A stretch of 64,000 nucleotides of DNA, from NCBI GenBank assembly GCA_913051185.1, contig CAJXBM010000003.1:121-64120 (forward strand), in the 5' to 3' direction. Both the position numbers and the translations under genes were made by a program. This DNA comes from an uncultured Chloroflexota bacterium (GTDB lineage Bacteria; Chloroflexota; Dehalococcoidia; UBA2979). How positions within the stretch are numbered: the stretch's first letter is position 1; each line of letters opens with the position of its first letter. The notes below the pieces were generated by a model. That model was given only the letters and a program-made list of their open reading frames with translations, was not told the origin of the DNA and searched no databases. This document shows positions 37,879-46,262 of the stretch, piece by piece.

Positions 37879-38769
37879 CTAGAAGAGTAATGATGAAAGT
37901 CGCCGTGTGTATTCACGGCTGATCTCATGGCCGTTTCCTAGAACATTGAACACGTCGAGCGCGCCAAGTCTGCCACCATCATTTCTGACTGACCGATCTA
38001 GTCGAACAGTGCTAAGAAAATGTTCAAGTGCTGTTTGCCATTCTCCCTGTAATGCGGTTCGGCAACCAAGTATATAATGTGCTTCTGCTTGCTCACTATG
38101 TTCATGTGCGTCAGATTCTAAGACCTCCAAAGCTTGGGCAACGGCTTCATCATCTGATCCATCTCTGATGAAATGTATACGGGCAAGCTGTCGTGTAGCG
38201 CTTGGTTCTTTTGGGAACTGTTTTAGAATTGACTCTGCATCATCAATTTTGCCCTCTTCAATCAGTAAGGCACCCATTCCTGCATTAGCCCTTGGGTGAC
38301 TGGAGTCATGCTTGAGGGCTTCCTCGAAGAAAATACGAGCCTGTTCAAAGTCACGACTTTGCAGTGCTTCTGCACCTTTCATCATGGATTCGTCAGCAGG
38401 CGACGGGGCTAGTTTCATGAAAAAGTCTTTAACTTGAGCTTCAGGGAGAGCTCCCGTAAATTTATCGACTGCCTGCCCATCCTTGAACGCAAAAACTGCT
38501 GGGATAGAGCTTATTTCGAATGCTTGCGCGACTTGCGGATTTTCATCCGAGTTGATTTTGACTAGACGTACTTTGCCGTTGAATTCAGTTGTAACTTTCT
38601 CCAACACCGGACCCAAGATTCGACATGGCCCACACCACGGAGCCCAGAAGTCCACAACGACGGGGAGTTGCTTTGACGCTTCAATTACATCAACCATGAA
38701 GGTTTGGTCGGTGGCTTCGACGGCAACACTAGGCGATGTTTGTTCACCATCCAATGAGATTGTGGTCAT
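37879..38769 (-). CDS. Thioredoxin-domain protein with C-terminal TPR-like helical domain (YbbN/CnoX-like architecture, active-site CGPC retained)
   Basis: 296 aa. VVDFWAPWCGPCR thioredoxin motif followed by about 180 aa of helical repeats (EALQSRDFEQARIFFEEALKHD...). Confidence 0.8.
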   Translation of the reverse strand: MTTISLDGEQTSPSVAVEATDQTFMVDVIEASKQLPVVVDFWAPWCGPCRILGPVLEKVTTEFNGKVRLVKINSDENPQVAQAFEISSIPAVFAFKDGQAVDKFTGALPEAQVKDFFMKLAPSPADESMMKGAEALQSRDFEQARIFFEEALKHDSSHPRANAGMGALLIEEGKIDDAESILKQFPKEPSATRQLARIHFIRDGSDDEAVAQALEVLESDAHEHSEQAEAHYILGCRTALQGEWQTALEHFLSTVRLDRSVRNDGGRLGALDVFNVLGNGHEISREYTRRLSSLLF

Positions 38770-38784
38770 GATTTACTTCCTGTT

Positions 38785-40347
38785 CTATGGCTGATATGGG
38801 TTTGGGTTTGGACCGAGTTGGGTTGCTAGTACCCGCTGAGCTTCTTCCACAAATTCAACCAGCACTGTACGAGTGTCTCTGGGATCAATAATATCTTGTC
38901 CCGTTGCTTCAGCGGTTCGAAATGGCGAGGCAATAGCCTGTAATCGAGCTTCTATTTCGGCGGTTTTTGCAGCTGGATCATCAGATTCACGAATTTCTCT
39001 CGCATATGCTGCGGATGCGCCACCTTGAATGTGCATGGATCCCCAGCGCGCACTTGGCCAGGCCCACCGCTTGTACATTCCAGAGGGTCTGTGATGACTT
39101 TGTCCTGCGACTCCGTACATACGTCCCATCACTACCTGAGCCCAAGGCATTCTGCTGTCACAGGTGACCATAACCAAACGGGCTCCTGCACGTTCAATTC
39201 CACGCTTTTCACTGTCTATTCCAACCATAAATCCAGGCTCATCTGTTAGGGTAATCATTGGCAGATGAAACGTATCACATAGCCTTATCAGTCTTATAAC
39301 TTTCTCGCCAGCATCCACGTCGGTGGTACCACCAAATATCTTGGTATTGTTAGCCATGATACCTACTGGATAGCCATTAATTCTGGCTAATCCAGTAATC
39401 CGTGCACGACCGTATTTTGGAGCAATTTCAAAGAATGAATCCTTGTCAACAACGTCATTTATGATCTTGTGACTGTCGTAGGTCATTCGGGGATCGCGTG
39501 GTATGGCAGACAGTAGGTCTTCTTCACGACGGTCTGGGTCATCAGTTGGCTCAGTCCGCGGTGCCATTTCGTTTACGTTTGATGGTAGATATGAAAGAAA
39601 CCTTCTGATGATTTCAAAAGCTTCCTCTTCCGTCTCGGCGAGATTGTCTACTACACCTGAAATTCCGATGTGAATTCTGTCATCCCCAAGTTCCTCCTTG
39701 GTCACGTCATAACCTAGGGCAGCCTTGACTACCGGTGGCCCACCTGGAAATACCTGACTTATTCCCTTCACCATGACATTGAAATGAGCTAAGCACGTTT
39801 CGACGGCAGGTAAGCCGGCAACGGATCCTAGTGCAGCTGAGACTACTGGTACAAGTCTTAGTAGTTGAACATCGCGCTGCGTATTGATATTTCCATCTGG
39901 TACATAGGTGCGGCCAAGTGTTTCAAACCCACGAACTGATCCCCCAGCCGCATCTTGTAATCGGATGTATGGAATTTGCCATTCTAGAGCTCGTTCTTTC
40001 GTGCCTAATTCACCACCTAAGCCCGATTCGGTTCCTCCGCCAGACCCTCCTCGGACAGTAAAGTCTCCAGCATCTACAGCCACTTGCCGACCGTTGACTT
40101 TTCCAAACCCTTTTACTGCACCTTTGGGCACAAAGCTTTCAAGACTTAGCCCATCCTCGCTGTACGACGCCGTGCCCACAAGCGGCTGGATCTCGCGCCA
40201 TGATCCTTCATCAATAAACTTTTCTACTCGTTCTCTAGCCGTGAGTTTTCCTCTGCGTCGCTGCTCTGTGACTCCTGCTTCACCGCCCATTTTCGCTGCG
40301 AGCTCTTTTCGGAGTTTGATTTCGTCAACTTCAGCTTTCCAAGACAT
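38785..40347 (-). CDS. Biotin-dependent carboxyltransferase subunit, second paralog
   Basis: 520 aa, colinear with the 18797-20365 product (MSWKAEVDEIKLRKELAAKMGG... versus MVWQPEIDELNERKELAYNLGG...). No adjacent biotin carrier gene. Confidence 0.85.
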   Translation of the reverse strand: MSWKAEVDEIKLRKELAAKMGGEAGVTEQRRRGKLTARERVEKFIDEGSWREIQPLVGTASYSEDGLSLESFVPKGAVKGFGKVNGRQVAVDAGDFTVRGGSGGGTESGLGGELGTKERALEWQIPYIRLQDAAGGSVRGFETLGRTYVPDGNINTQRDVQLLRLVPVVSAALGSVAGLPAVETCLAHFNVMVKGISQVFPGGPPVVKAALGYDVTKEELGDDRIHIGISGVVDNLAETEEEAFEIIRRFLSYLPSNVNEMAPRTEPTDDPDRREEDLLSAIPRDPRMTYDSHKIINDVVDKDSFFEIAPKYGRARITGLARINGYPVGIMANNTKIFGGTTDVDAGEKVIRLIRLCDTFHLPMITLTDEPGFMVGIDSEKRGIERAGARLVMVTCDSRMPWAQVVMGRMYGVAGQSHHRPSGMYKRWAWPSARWGSMHIQGGASAAYAREIRESDDPAAKTAEIEARLQAIASPFRTAEATGQDIIDPRDTRTVLVEFVEEAQRVLATQLGPNPNPYQP

Positions 40348-40482
40348 AAGTAGTCCTCCAGATAATATTAGTTATGATTTAGCAGCATACTTGCTGAAGT
40401 CCTCTATCGCCATATCATCAATATGTAGAGATACTTTCGAGGGGCCAGAGATGCGCGGGCAGGGGTTGATAAGGACTGTGAC

Positions 40483-41298
40483 ATGATTAGTTTGAAGCGA
40501 AACAATAAGGGCGAATTTGCTGAGGCAAAGGGCCGACGGGTTCAAAAAAAATCTATATATCAGGCCTATCAGACAGAAGAATATAGGCTCAGTCGAGGAA
40601 AGTTCGAGGACTTTCTAAGCTGTGCGCGTTGCTTTTATCTGGATCGTGTCTGTGGCCTGGTTTCACCAGGAACTCCAGGTTGGGCACTAAACTCCCTGAC
40701 CGATGACCTGTTGAAAAAGGAGTTTGATGTCTGTCGGGACCAGGAAATACCTCATAGATTGTTCGCGAAATCTGACCTTGGGGATATTGTGCCATTCAAG
40801 CATGTAAACATGGACAGATGGCGTGATTCGCTTCGACATGGACTGGAATTTCGACTCGAAGGCACGGGAATCCTACTCACAGGTGGGATCGATGATCTCT
40901 GGTTTAATCAACGTTCGCAGGAGGTGATCGTCCTTGATTATAAATCCCAAGCCAGCCCATACCCAGTACGTACCAAAGCATACCTGGAGGGGACATATCA
41001 TCAAGGATATAAGCGCCAGTTAGAATTCTACGCTTTTTTACTGACCAAAATGGAGTTTGATGTGGCAAAGGTAGGATATTTCTATGTTTGTAATGCTGAT
41101 AAGCATGCTGCTGGATTTTATGGACAAATGAATTTTGAAGAAACGATAGTCCCGTATACGCTGGATATCACCTGGATTCCATCGAAGATCGAGGAGATGC
41201 TGGCTGTGCTTAATGGCAAAAGGCCTCCAGAATCCAATCCAGCTTGTGAAAATTGTGCCTACGCTCGCGAGCGATCTTTGAGCGAGTCAGAGCTATGA
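40483..41298 (+). CDS. PD-(D/E)XK nuclease family protein (Cas4/RecB-like) with 2+2 cysteine motif
   Basis: 271 aa. Motifs GGIDDLWF, VLDYKS ((D/E)xK) and QLEFYAFLL (QxxxY), plus N-terminal CARC and C-terminal CENC. Confidence 0.7.
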   Translation: MISLKRNNKGEFAEAKGRRVQKKSIYQAYQTEEYRLSRGKFEDFLSCARCFYLDRVCGLVSPGTPGWALNSLTDDLLKKEFDVCRDQEIPHRLFAKSDLGDIVPFKHVNMDRWRDSLRHGLEFRLEGTGILLTGGIDDLWFNQRSQEVIVLDYKSQASPYPVRTKAYLEGTYHQGYKRQLEFYAFLLTKMEFDVAKVGYFYVCNADKHAAGFYGQMNFEETIVPYTLDITWIPSKIEEMLAVLNGKRPPESNPACENCAYARERSLSESEL

Positions 41299-41531
41299 AT
41301 CAGGAGCATAATCACGATGAAATTTGTGCGGAGCAATACCTAGAGTGGAAGCAGAACCATAAGGTAGTGGTCGATATGCGCGGGACCTATGCTCGGCAGG
41401 AAATTTTGGCAGCTCGGGCAGCTCGTGACGCACTCGAACAAGTCATGAAGGTTAGAGGCTGCTCAGGTGAAGCCATTCGAAAGATTGAAAAAGAACAGGA
41501 AATAGCAAAGCACGGGTACCCACTTTTATAG
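41295..41531 (+). CDS. Small hypothetical protein (78 aa), translationally coupled to the nuclease gene
   Basis: The ATG overlaps the upstream stop (ATGA at 41295-41298). Sequence MNQEHNHDEICAEQYLEW..., predicted helical. I recognise no family. Confidence 0.45.
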   Translation: MNQEHNHDEICAEQYLEWKQNHKVVVDMRGTYARQEILAARAARDALEQVMKVRGCSGEAIRKIEKEQEIAKHGYPLL

Positions 41532-41544
41532 TTACCATTATTTG

Positions 41545-42795
41545 ATGCTTCAAAACCTCCTGCCGACTGCTCCCGCATTTAGTTATACCAATTATCGATG
41601 GTGGACGATTACAAATGCGACGGGTCCTCTCGAAAGAGGTATCCAACAGGGAATACTGGCGTTCTACGTGTTGGAGGTGACTGGTTCTGCAAGTTTGATG
41701 GCGGTTTCAGTGGCTCTCCAAGGTGTGTCAGCTCTTTTCATGCTGCCTGCAGGAGTATTGGCTGATCGATTCGATCGGAAATCGTTACTGATTGCTTCGT
41801 TATTGTTGGCGGCTCTTGTCACGATCGGGTTTTGTGTGCTGATTACTCAAGGGATTGAAAGTTATTCCCTCATTCTGGCCTTTGTCATGTTGACAGGAAT
41901 TTTAACATCGGCACAAATGCCAATTTCTCGAGCTATTCTGCCTATGACTCTGCCACGTGAGCATTTATTAAATGGGATTTCTCTCGGGACTATAACGCAG
42001 AGCCTTCCTCGCGTACTTGGTCCCGGTATTGCGGCTTTATTCTATGACTGGTTTGGGCCGGCTGCAGCATTTTTAGTTGGAGCAGTAGTACTTCTTTTCG
42101 GAGCGCTTGCTGTATTGCCGATGCAGCTGGGTGCGATCGATCAATATGCAAACGGCGAGGATGAGACTGTCGGTATGGATCGCACTTTTCGGTCAGATAT
42201 GGCGCAGGTGATTGAGTTTCTAAGATCTAATCCGGTACTGCTTACGATCATGGCATTAATGTGCGTGACAGGTCTATTTATGATGGGACCAGTTAATTAC
42301 GGAGCTCCTATTATTTTCCGAGAAATTCACGAAACATCAGCCCGCTCACTCGGATTTGCATGGGCGATGTTGTCGGCAGGTATGGTGACAAGCTCTCTTT
42401 TCATAACACGAGTGAAAGATATGCCGAACAAGGGTGGTTTTTTTGCAATGGCACTGATGGGGGGTGGGTTTTGCACGGCTGCGCAGGCATTGAGCCCAAC
42501 CGCTGGCATTGCAATATTTTTCTTTTTCATCTGGGGTTGTTTTGGTGGTTTTTTTATGAATATGAGCCAAGGTCTTTTACAAATGCGTACACCGGATAAA
42601 TTTATGGGTCGGGTGATGTCTTTGAGTAGTCTGGCAATGTTAGGACTTATGCCGATAGGAGTCGCTCAGGTTGCATTAATCGACAACGGGCTTGGATTGG
42701 GTACCCAGCCCGCTGTTGTGATATCGGGAATCATTTGTTTCTCTGCTGCGTTGGTTGCCTTGCTTGCACACCGAGAATTTAGGCAGGCTCGATAA
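41545..42795 (+). CDS. MFS transporter (EntS/MFS_3-like)
   Basis: About 416 aa with a 12-TM-like hydrophobic profile and motif-A-like GVLADRFDRKS. I prefer ATG 41545 over the TTG at 41542. Confidence 0.8.
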   Translation: MLQNLLPTAPAFSYTNYRWWTITNATGPLERGIQQGILAFYVLEVTGSASLMAVSVALQGVSALFMLPAGVLADRFDRKSLLIASLLLAALVTIGFCVLITQGIESYSLILAFVMLTGILTSAQMPISRAILPMTLPREHLLNGISLGTITQSLPRVLGPGIAALFYDWFGPAAAFLVGAVVLLFGALAVLPMQLGAIDQYANGEDETVGMDRTFRSDMAQVIEFLRSNPVLLTIMALMCVTGLFMMGPVNYGAPIIFREIHETSARSLGFAWAMLSAGMVTSSLFITRVKDMPNKGGFFAMALMGGGFCTAAQALSPTAGIAIFFFFIWGCFGGFFMNMSQGLLQMRTPDKFMGRVMSLSSLAMLGLMPIGVAQVALIDNGLGLGTQPAVVISGIICFSAALVALLAHREFRQAR

Positions 42796-42808
42796 CTCAA
42801 TCTGAAAG

Positions 42809-43606
42809 CTATTTATTGAATTCAGGTTCTCGTTTTTGAGCGAACGCTTCAATTGCCTCGTCATGGTCAGGTAATCTTCGTGCGATTTGGTCACGGATAC
42901 TCTCTCGTTCCATTACAGCTGACAAATCTCGATCCATAGGGTTCTTTTCCAATAATTCTTTTATCATCATCACCGCATCGGTCGGATTGTTTGCAATTTC
43001 ATTAGCTCGCTCAAGAGCTTTATCGAACAATTCATTAGGTGCAGTAACATCAGATACAAGTCCCATCCGAAGAGACTCTTCAGCTCCAACAATACGGCCA
43101 GTGAGACACATGTCAGTTGCGTGGCCCAGGCCAACTAATTCTGACAGGATTCTCGTCGACCCCAGTTCTGGCATTAGGCCCATTTTTATAAAACGAATAC
43201 TTAGTTTTGCCTCAGTTGAGGCTATTCGGATGTCACATGGAAGAATCATGGTTAATCCGATACCAACCGCATAGCCGTTAATAGCAGCGATCGTAGGTTT
43301 GGATTTTCGGAGCATAGTCGGGTATTCATAGGCGCCTGAAACTCCTTGAACAATTTTTTCACCATCTCCTTTTTTATTCGCTTGAGCACGATCAGCAAAA
43401 TCACCTAGATCTGCTCCTGCACAGAACGCTCGTCCTTCACCAGTCAGTATGATCGCTCCAATGGAGTCATCATCGTTCCAGCTAGCGATTTGATTCCTGA
43501 TTTCATGGGACATTTGGTTGGTCCATGCATTTAGTTTTTCAGGTCTATTCAATCGAATTACCCCAACTCGTCCTATAGTCTCAGTGAGTATTTGTTCATT
43601 GCCCAT
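42809..43606 (-). CDS. Enoyl-CoA hydratase/isomerase (crotonase) family protein
   Basis: 265 aa. Motifs LNRPEKLNAW, GEGRAFCAGADL and INGYAVGIG. Confidence 0.85.
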   Translation of the reverse strand: MGNEQILTETIGRVGVIRLNRPEKLNAWTNQMSHEIRNQIASWNDDDSIGAIILTGEGRAFCAGADLGDFADRAQANKKGDGEKIVQGVSGAYEYPTMLRKSKPTIAAINGYAVGIGLTMILPCDIRIASTEAKLSIRFIKMGLMPELGSTRILSELVGLGHATDMCLTGRIVGAEESLRMGLVSDVTAPNELFDKALERANEIANNPTDAVMMIKELLEKNPMDRDLSAVMERESIRDQIARRLPDHDEAIEAFAQKREPEFNK

Positions 43607-43639
43607 GATTAAGTTTCTCCTATATTTTTTCTGGATTAT

Positions 43640-44761
43640 CTAGATACCTGCAGGATGAAGCACGCTTCTAGCGACTTCTCCCGCCAACATGTCATCGAAT
43701 GCTTCGTTAATTTCATTTAACGGACGGCGTTTCGAGATTAATTCGTCGACCATAATTTTCCCGTCCATGTACAGGTCCACTAGTTTGGGGATATCTCTTT
43801 GTAGGGAGTTCGAACCGTAGAAGGACCCGATTAATTTCTTCTCTCTTAAGAACGCTCGTCCTGGCACTGTGACGTCTTGCCCTACAACACCCACTACTAC
43901 AGCGGTTCCTCCGTCACGAACCATATCAAAGGCTTGCCTACAAGTTGCTCCTAACCCAATCGCTTCAAACGCGTAATCAATGTAGCCATTTGCGATGCCA
44001 CGAGCTTTTTCAACAGGGTCACCTTCGCTTGCGTTAACAAAGTGTGTCGCACCAAAATTGGCAGCCATATCGAGCTTGTTATCCATGGTGTCGATTGCAA
44101 TAATCTTACGCGCTCCTGCCAACCGAGCTCCTTGCACGATGTTAAGACCTACGCCACCCATACCGATTACTGCGATATCAGAACCGGATTGAATTTTTGC
44201 CGTATTTATGACGGCTCCTACTCCGGTAGTGACAGCGCACCCAATAAGACACACTGTCTCGAGGGGCGCATCGTTTCGAATTTTTATAGCAGCTCTTTCT
44301 GGCATAACGGTGTATTCGGAGAATCCAGCAACACCAACTCCCTGCATGATTGGAACGCCATCTTGGGAGATTCGTGGTTGTTCACCCGTATATGCTCGAT
44401 CTGGATCGTCAGGCCGCTCGCAGAGCCATGGGGTGCCGTTAATACAGAAAAAACAATTTCCGCCGCAGTTTGGTCGAAAACCAACCACTACGTGATCTCC
44501 GGGCGCTACCGCGGTCACACCTGGACCTATTTCTTCAACTATTCCAGCAACCTCATGACCGAGAATTGCCGCTTTTGGCGCGACTATACCCGCAGGCAGG
44601 CTGTTGTTTCTGAAATTATTAATCCAGTGCAAATCAGAATGGCAGACACCGCATGCTGCAATCTTTATTAGGACTTCACCTGCTTGAGGCTCAGTCAACT
44701 CAACACTCTCCACAGCAAGTGGATCAGCGCTTCTTAATACAGCGGCATTCATTTCAGGCAT
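43640..44761 (-). CDS. Zinc-dependent alcohol dehydrogenase (MDR family)
   Basis: 373 aa. Catalytic zinc motif CGVCHSDLH, structural zinc cluster NCGGNCFFCINGTPWLC, NAD-binding VIGMGGVGLN. Confidence 0.88.
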   Translation of the reverse strand: MPEMNAAVLRSADPLAVESVELTEPQAGEVLIKIAACGVCHSDLHWINNFRNNSLPAGIVAPKAAILGHEVAGIVEEIGPGVTAVAPGDHVVVGFRPNCGGNCFFCINGTPWLCERPDDPDRAYTGEQPRISQDGVPIMQGVGVAGFSEYTVMPERAAIKIRNDAPLETVCLIGCAVTTGVGAVINTAKIQSGSDIAVIGMGGVGLNIVQGARLAGARKIIAIDTMDNKLDMAANFGATHFVNASEGDPVEKARGIANGYIDYAFEAIGLGATCRQAFDMVRDGGTAVVVGVVGQDVTVPGRAFLREKKLIGSFYGSNSLQRDIPKLVDLYMDGKIMVDELISKRRPLNEINEAFDDMLAGEVARSVLHPAGI

Positions 44762-44994
44762 TTGTGTCTCCTCAAGTAGATTAATTTCGATTGAAGTGTA
44801 ACGGTTTGTGCTGTTGACTGAACTCGCTAGTAGATCTTTTTTTCAAAATTGATTAGTTATTTTGCATGGAGGACACATAGGAAATATTGTTATGACTGTG
44901 TGTGGGGGAAATAATAAATTCTCCGGTGATTGGTCAGATTCATTTCTCCAGCTGATCATCTAGTAACAGGTAGTATTTTACGGGAGTCTAAATA

Positions 44995-46134
44995 ATGCAA
45001 GATAGAGTGGCGGCATTAATTTCAGAGTATGACGCACAAGGCTGGCATCGGACAGGAACTGATGTGGATGCTCAATCTATTGAATGGATGAGTGACCATG
45101 TCCGCAAGATCGGCTTAGAGCCTAGTGAGGTTACGTATGAACTCGATAGAGTGGAAGTAGATTCTGCATATCTGGAATTTGGGTCGACGCGAATTATAGG
45201 CACTCCTCTTTTTGACTGTAGTTATACCGATGAACATGGCTTGACTGGCTTATTGGCCCTTAATGACCCTGCGGCTGAGATTACTTTGTTGGACTCGGAT
45301 AATTGGGGAGCAGAGTTACTTGAATTGCGGAAGAAAAAAACGCACGGTGTCATTGTTGTGATAACCAATGGTCATGAGACTGGTTTATCGCTCGCGAATG
45401 CCTTTGATTTTCTTGCTCCGCATGGTCCTCCAGTTTTACAGATTGGCGATGACCAACGGGATGAGCTTTTACGGATCGCTAAGAGCGAAGTGATGACTCG
45501 TGTGATTATTCAAGCTCACAGAGTGAAATCAAATTCAGCTACCGTGTTAGTGGAAATTAATGGTAGACGACCTGACCTCGAACCCATAGTAGTAAATACG
45601 CCATTGAGTGGGTGGTGGAGTGTAGCGGCTGAGCGAGGGGGTGGATTGGCTTGCTGGATGGAGATACTGCGAAATTGTCATGCGCTGGGATCCGATCGTC
45701 CTATTCTATTTGCCGCAAATACTGGGCATGAATTAGGTTTCATCGGACTGGAGAATCTTCTTAATCAGCGGACCGAGTTGGCGACATCCGCGACATGGGT
45801 GCATTTTGGAGCCAATATTGGTGCGAGATTAGGCTCAATCGGGAACATAGTGGCTTCAACCCCAGAGCTTGCTGGACTTGCAATGAGTTTTATCGGAAAG
45901 ACAGTACAAAGACCAACGACAAGTCGTATTACGAGAGAAGTGCTACCGCTTCGTCAGGGTGGAGAAATGGGTTGCGTTGCCCAACGTGGTGGAAAAAAGT
46001 ATTTGGCTCTTACTAATGACAATGAATTTTTTCACATGGCCGAAGATCGATTCGATTCGAACGTAGATGTTGACATTGTCTGTTCCTACGCGAGCGCTTT
46101 TAGAGAATTAGTATTAAGTCTATCGAATAAGTAA
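44995..46134 (+). CDS. Hypothetical protein, possibly M28-like Zn-peptidase fold with non-canonical ligand positions
   Basis: 379 aa with GGGAG Shine-Dalgarno upstream. There is a loose by-eye resemblance to M28 aminopeptidases (AAERGGGLACWMEILR; NTGHELGFIGLE). The residues I align to the metal ligands are substituted. The functional call has low confidence. Confidence 0.4.
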   Translation: MQDRVAALISEYDAQGWHRTGTDVDAQSIEWMSDHVRKIGLEPSEVTYELDRVEVDSAYLEFGSTRIIGTPLFDCSYTDEHGLTGLLALNDPAAEITLLDSDNWGAELLELRKKKTHGVIVVITNGHETGLSLANAFDFLAPHGPPVLQIGDDQRDELLRIAKSEVMTRVIIQAHRVKSNSATVLVEINGRRPDLEPIVVNTPLSGWWSVAAERGGGLACWMEILRNCHALGSDRPILFAANTGHELGFIGLENLLNQRTELATSATWVHFGANIGARLGSIGNIVASTPELAGLAMSFIGKTVQRPTTSRITREVLPLRQGGEMGCVAQRGGKKYLALTNDNEFFHMAEDRFDSNVDVDIVCSYASAFRELVLSLSNK

Positions 46135-46262
46135 TTTTTTGCTTGTGTATTGTCAAAGCTGACTAAGCAGACCCAGTTTGTTCGTTGATTGTTTTTACTG
46201 TAGTTTGAACCCAGTTTTATTAATTGAGTGGAGTTTGGTAATTACATATAAGGAGTAATAAT

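Noticed and set aside
39908-40486. 192-aa ORF on the + strand antisense to the second carboxyltransferase.
   Set aside because: It is Pro/Ser-rich and low-complexity. The minus-strand gene is full-length and paralogous to 18797-20365.
44042-44671. 209-aa ORF (plus a 95-aa one) on the + strand antisense to the Zn-ADH gene.
   Set aside because: It has no recognisable motifs. The ADH frame carries complete zinc and NAD motifs.
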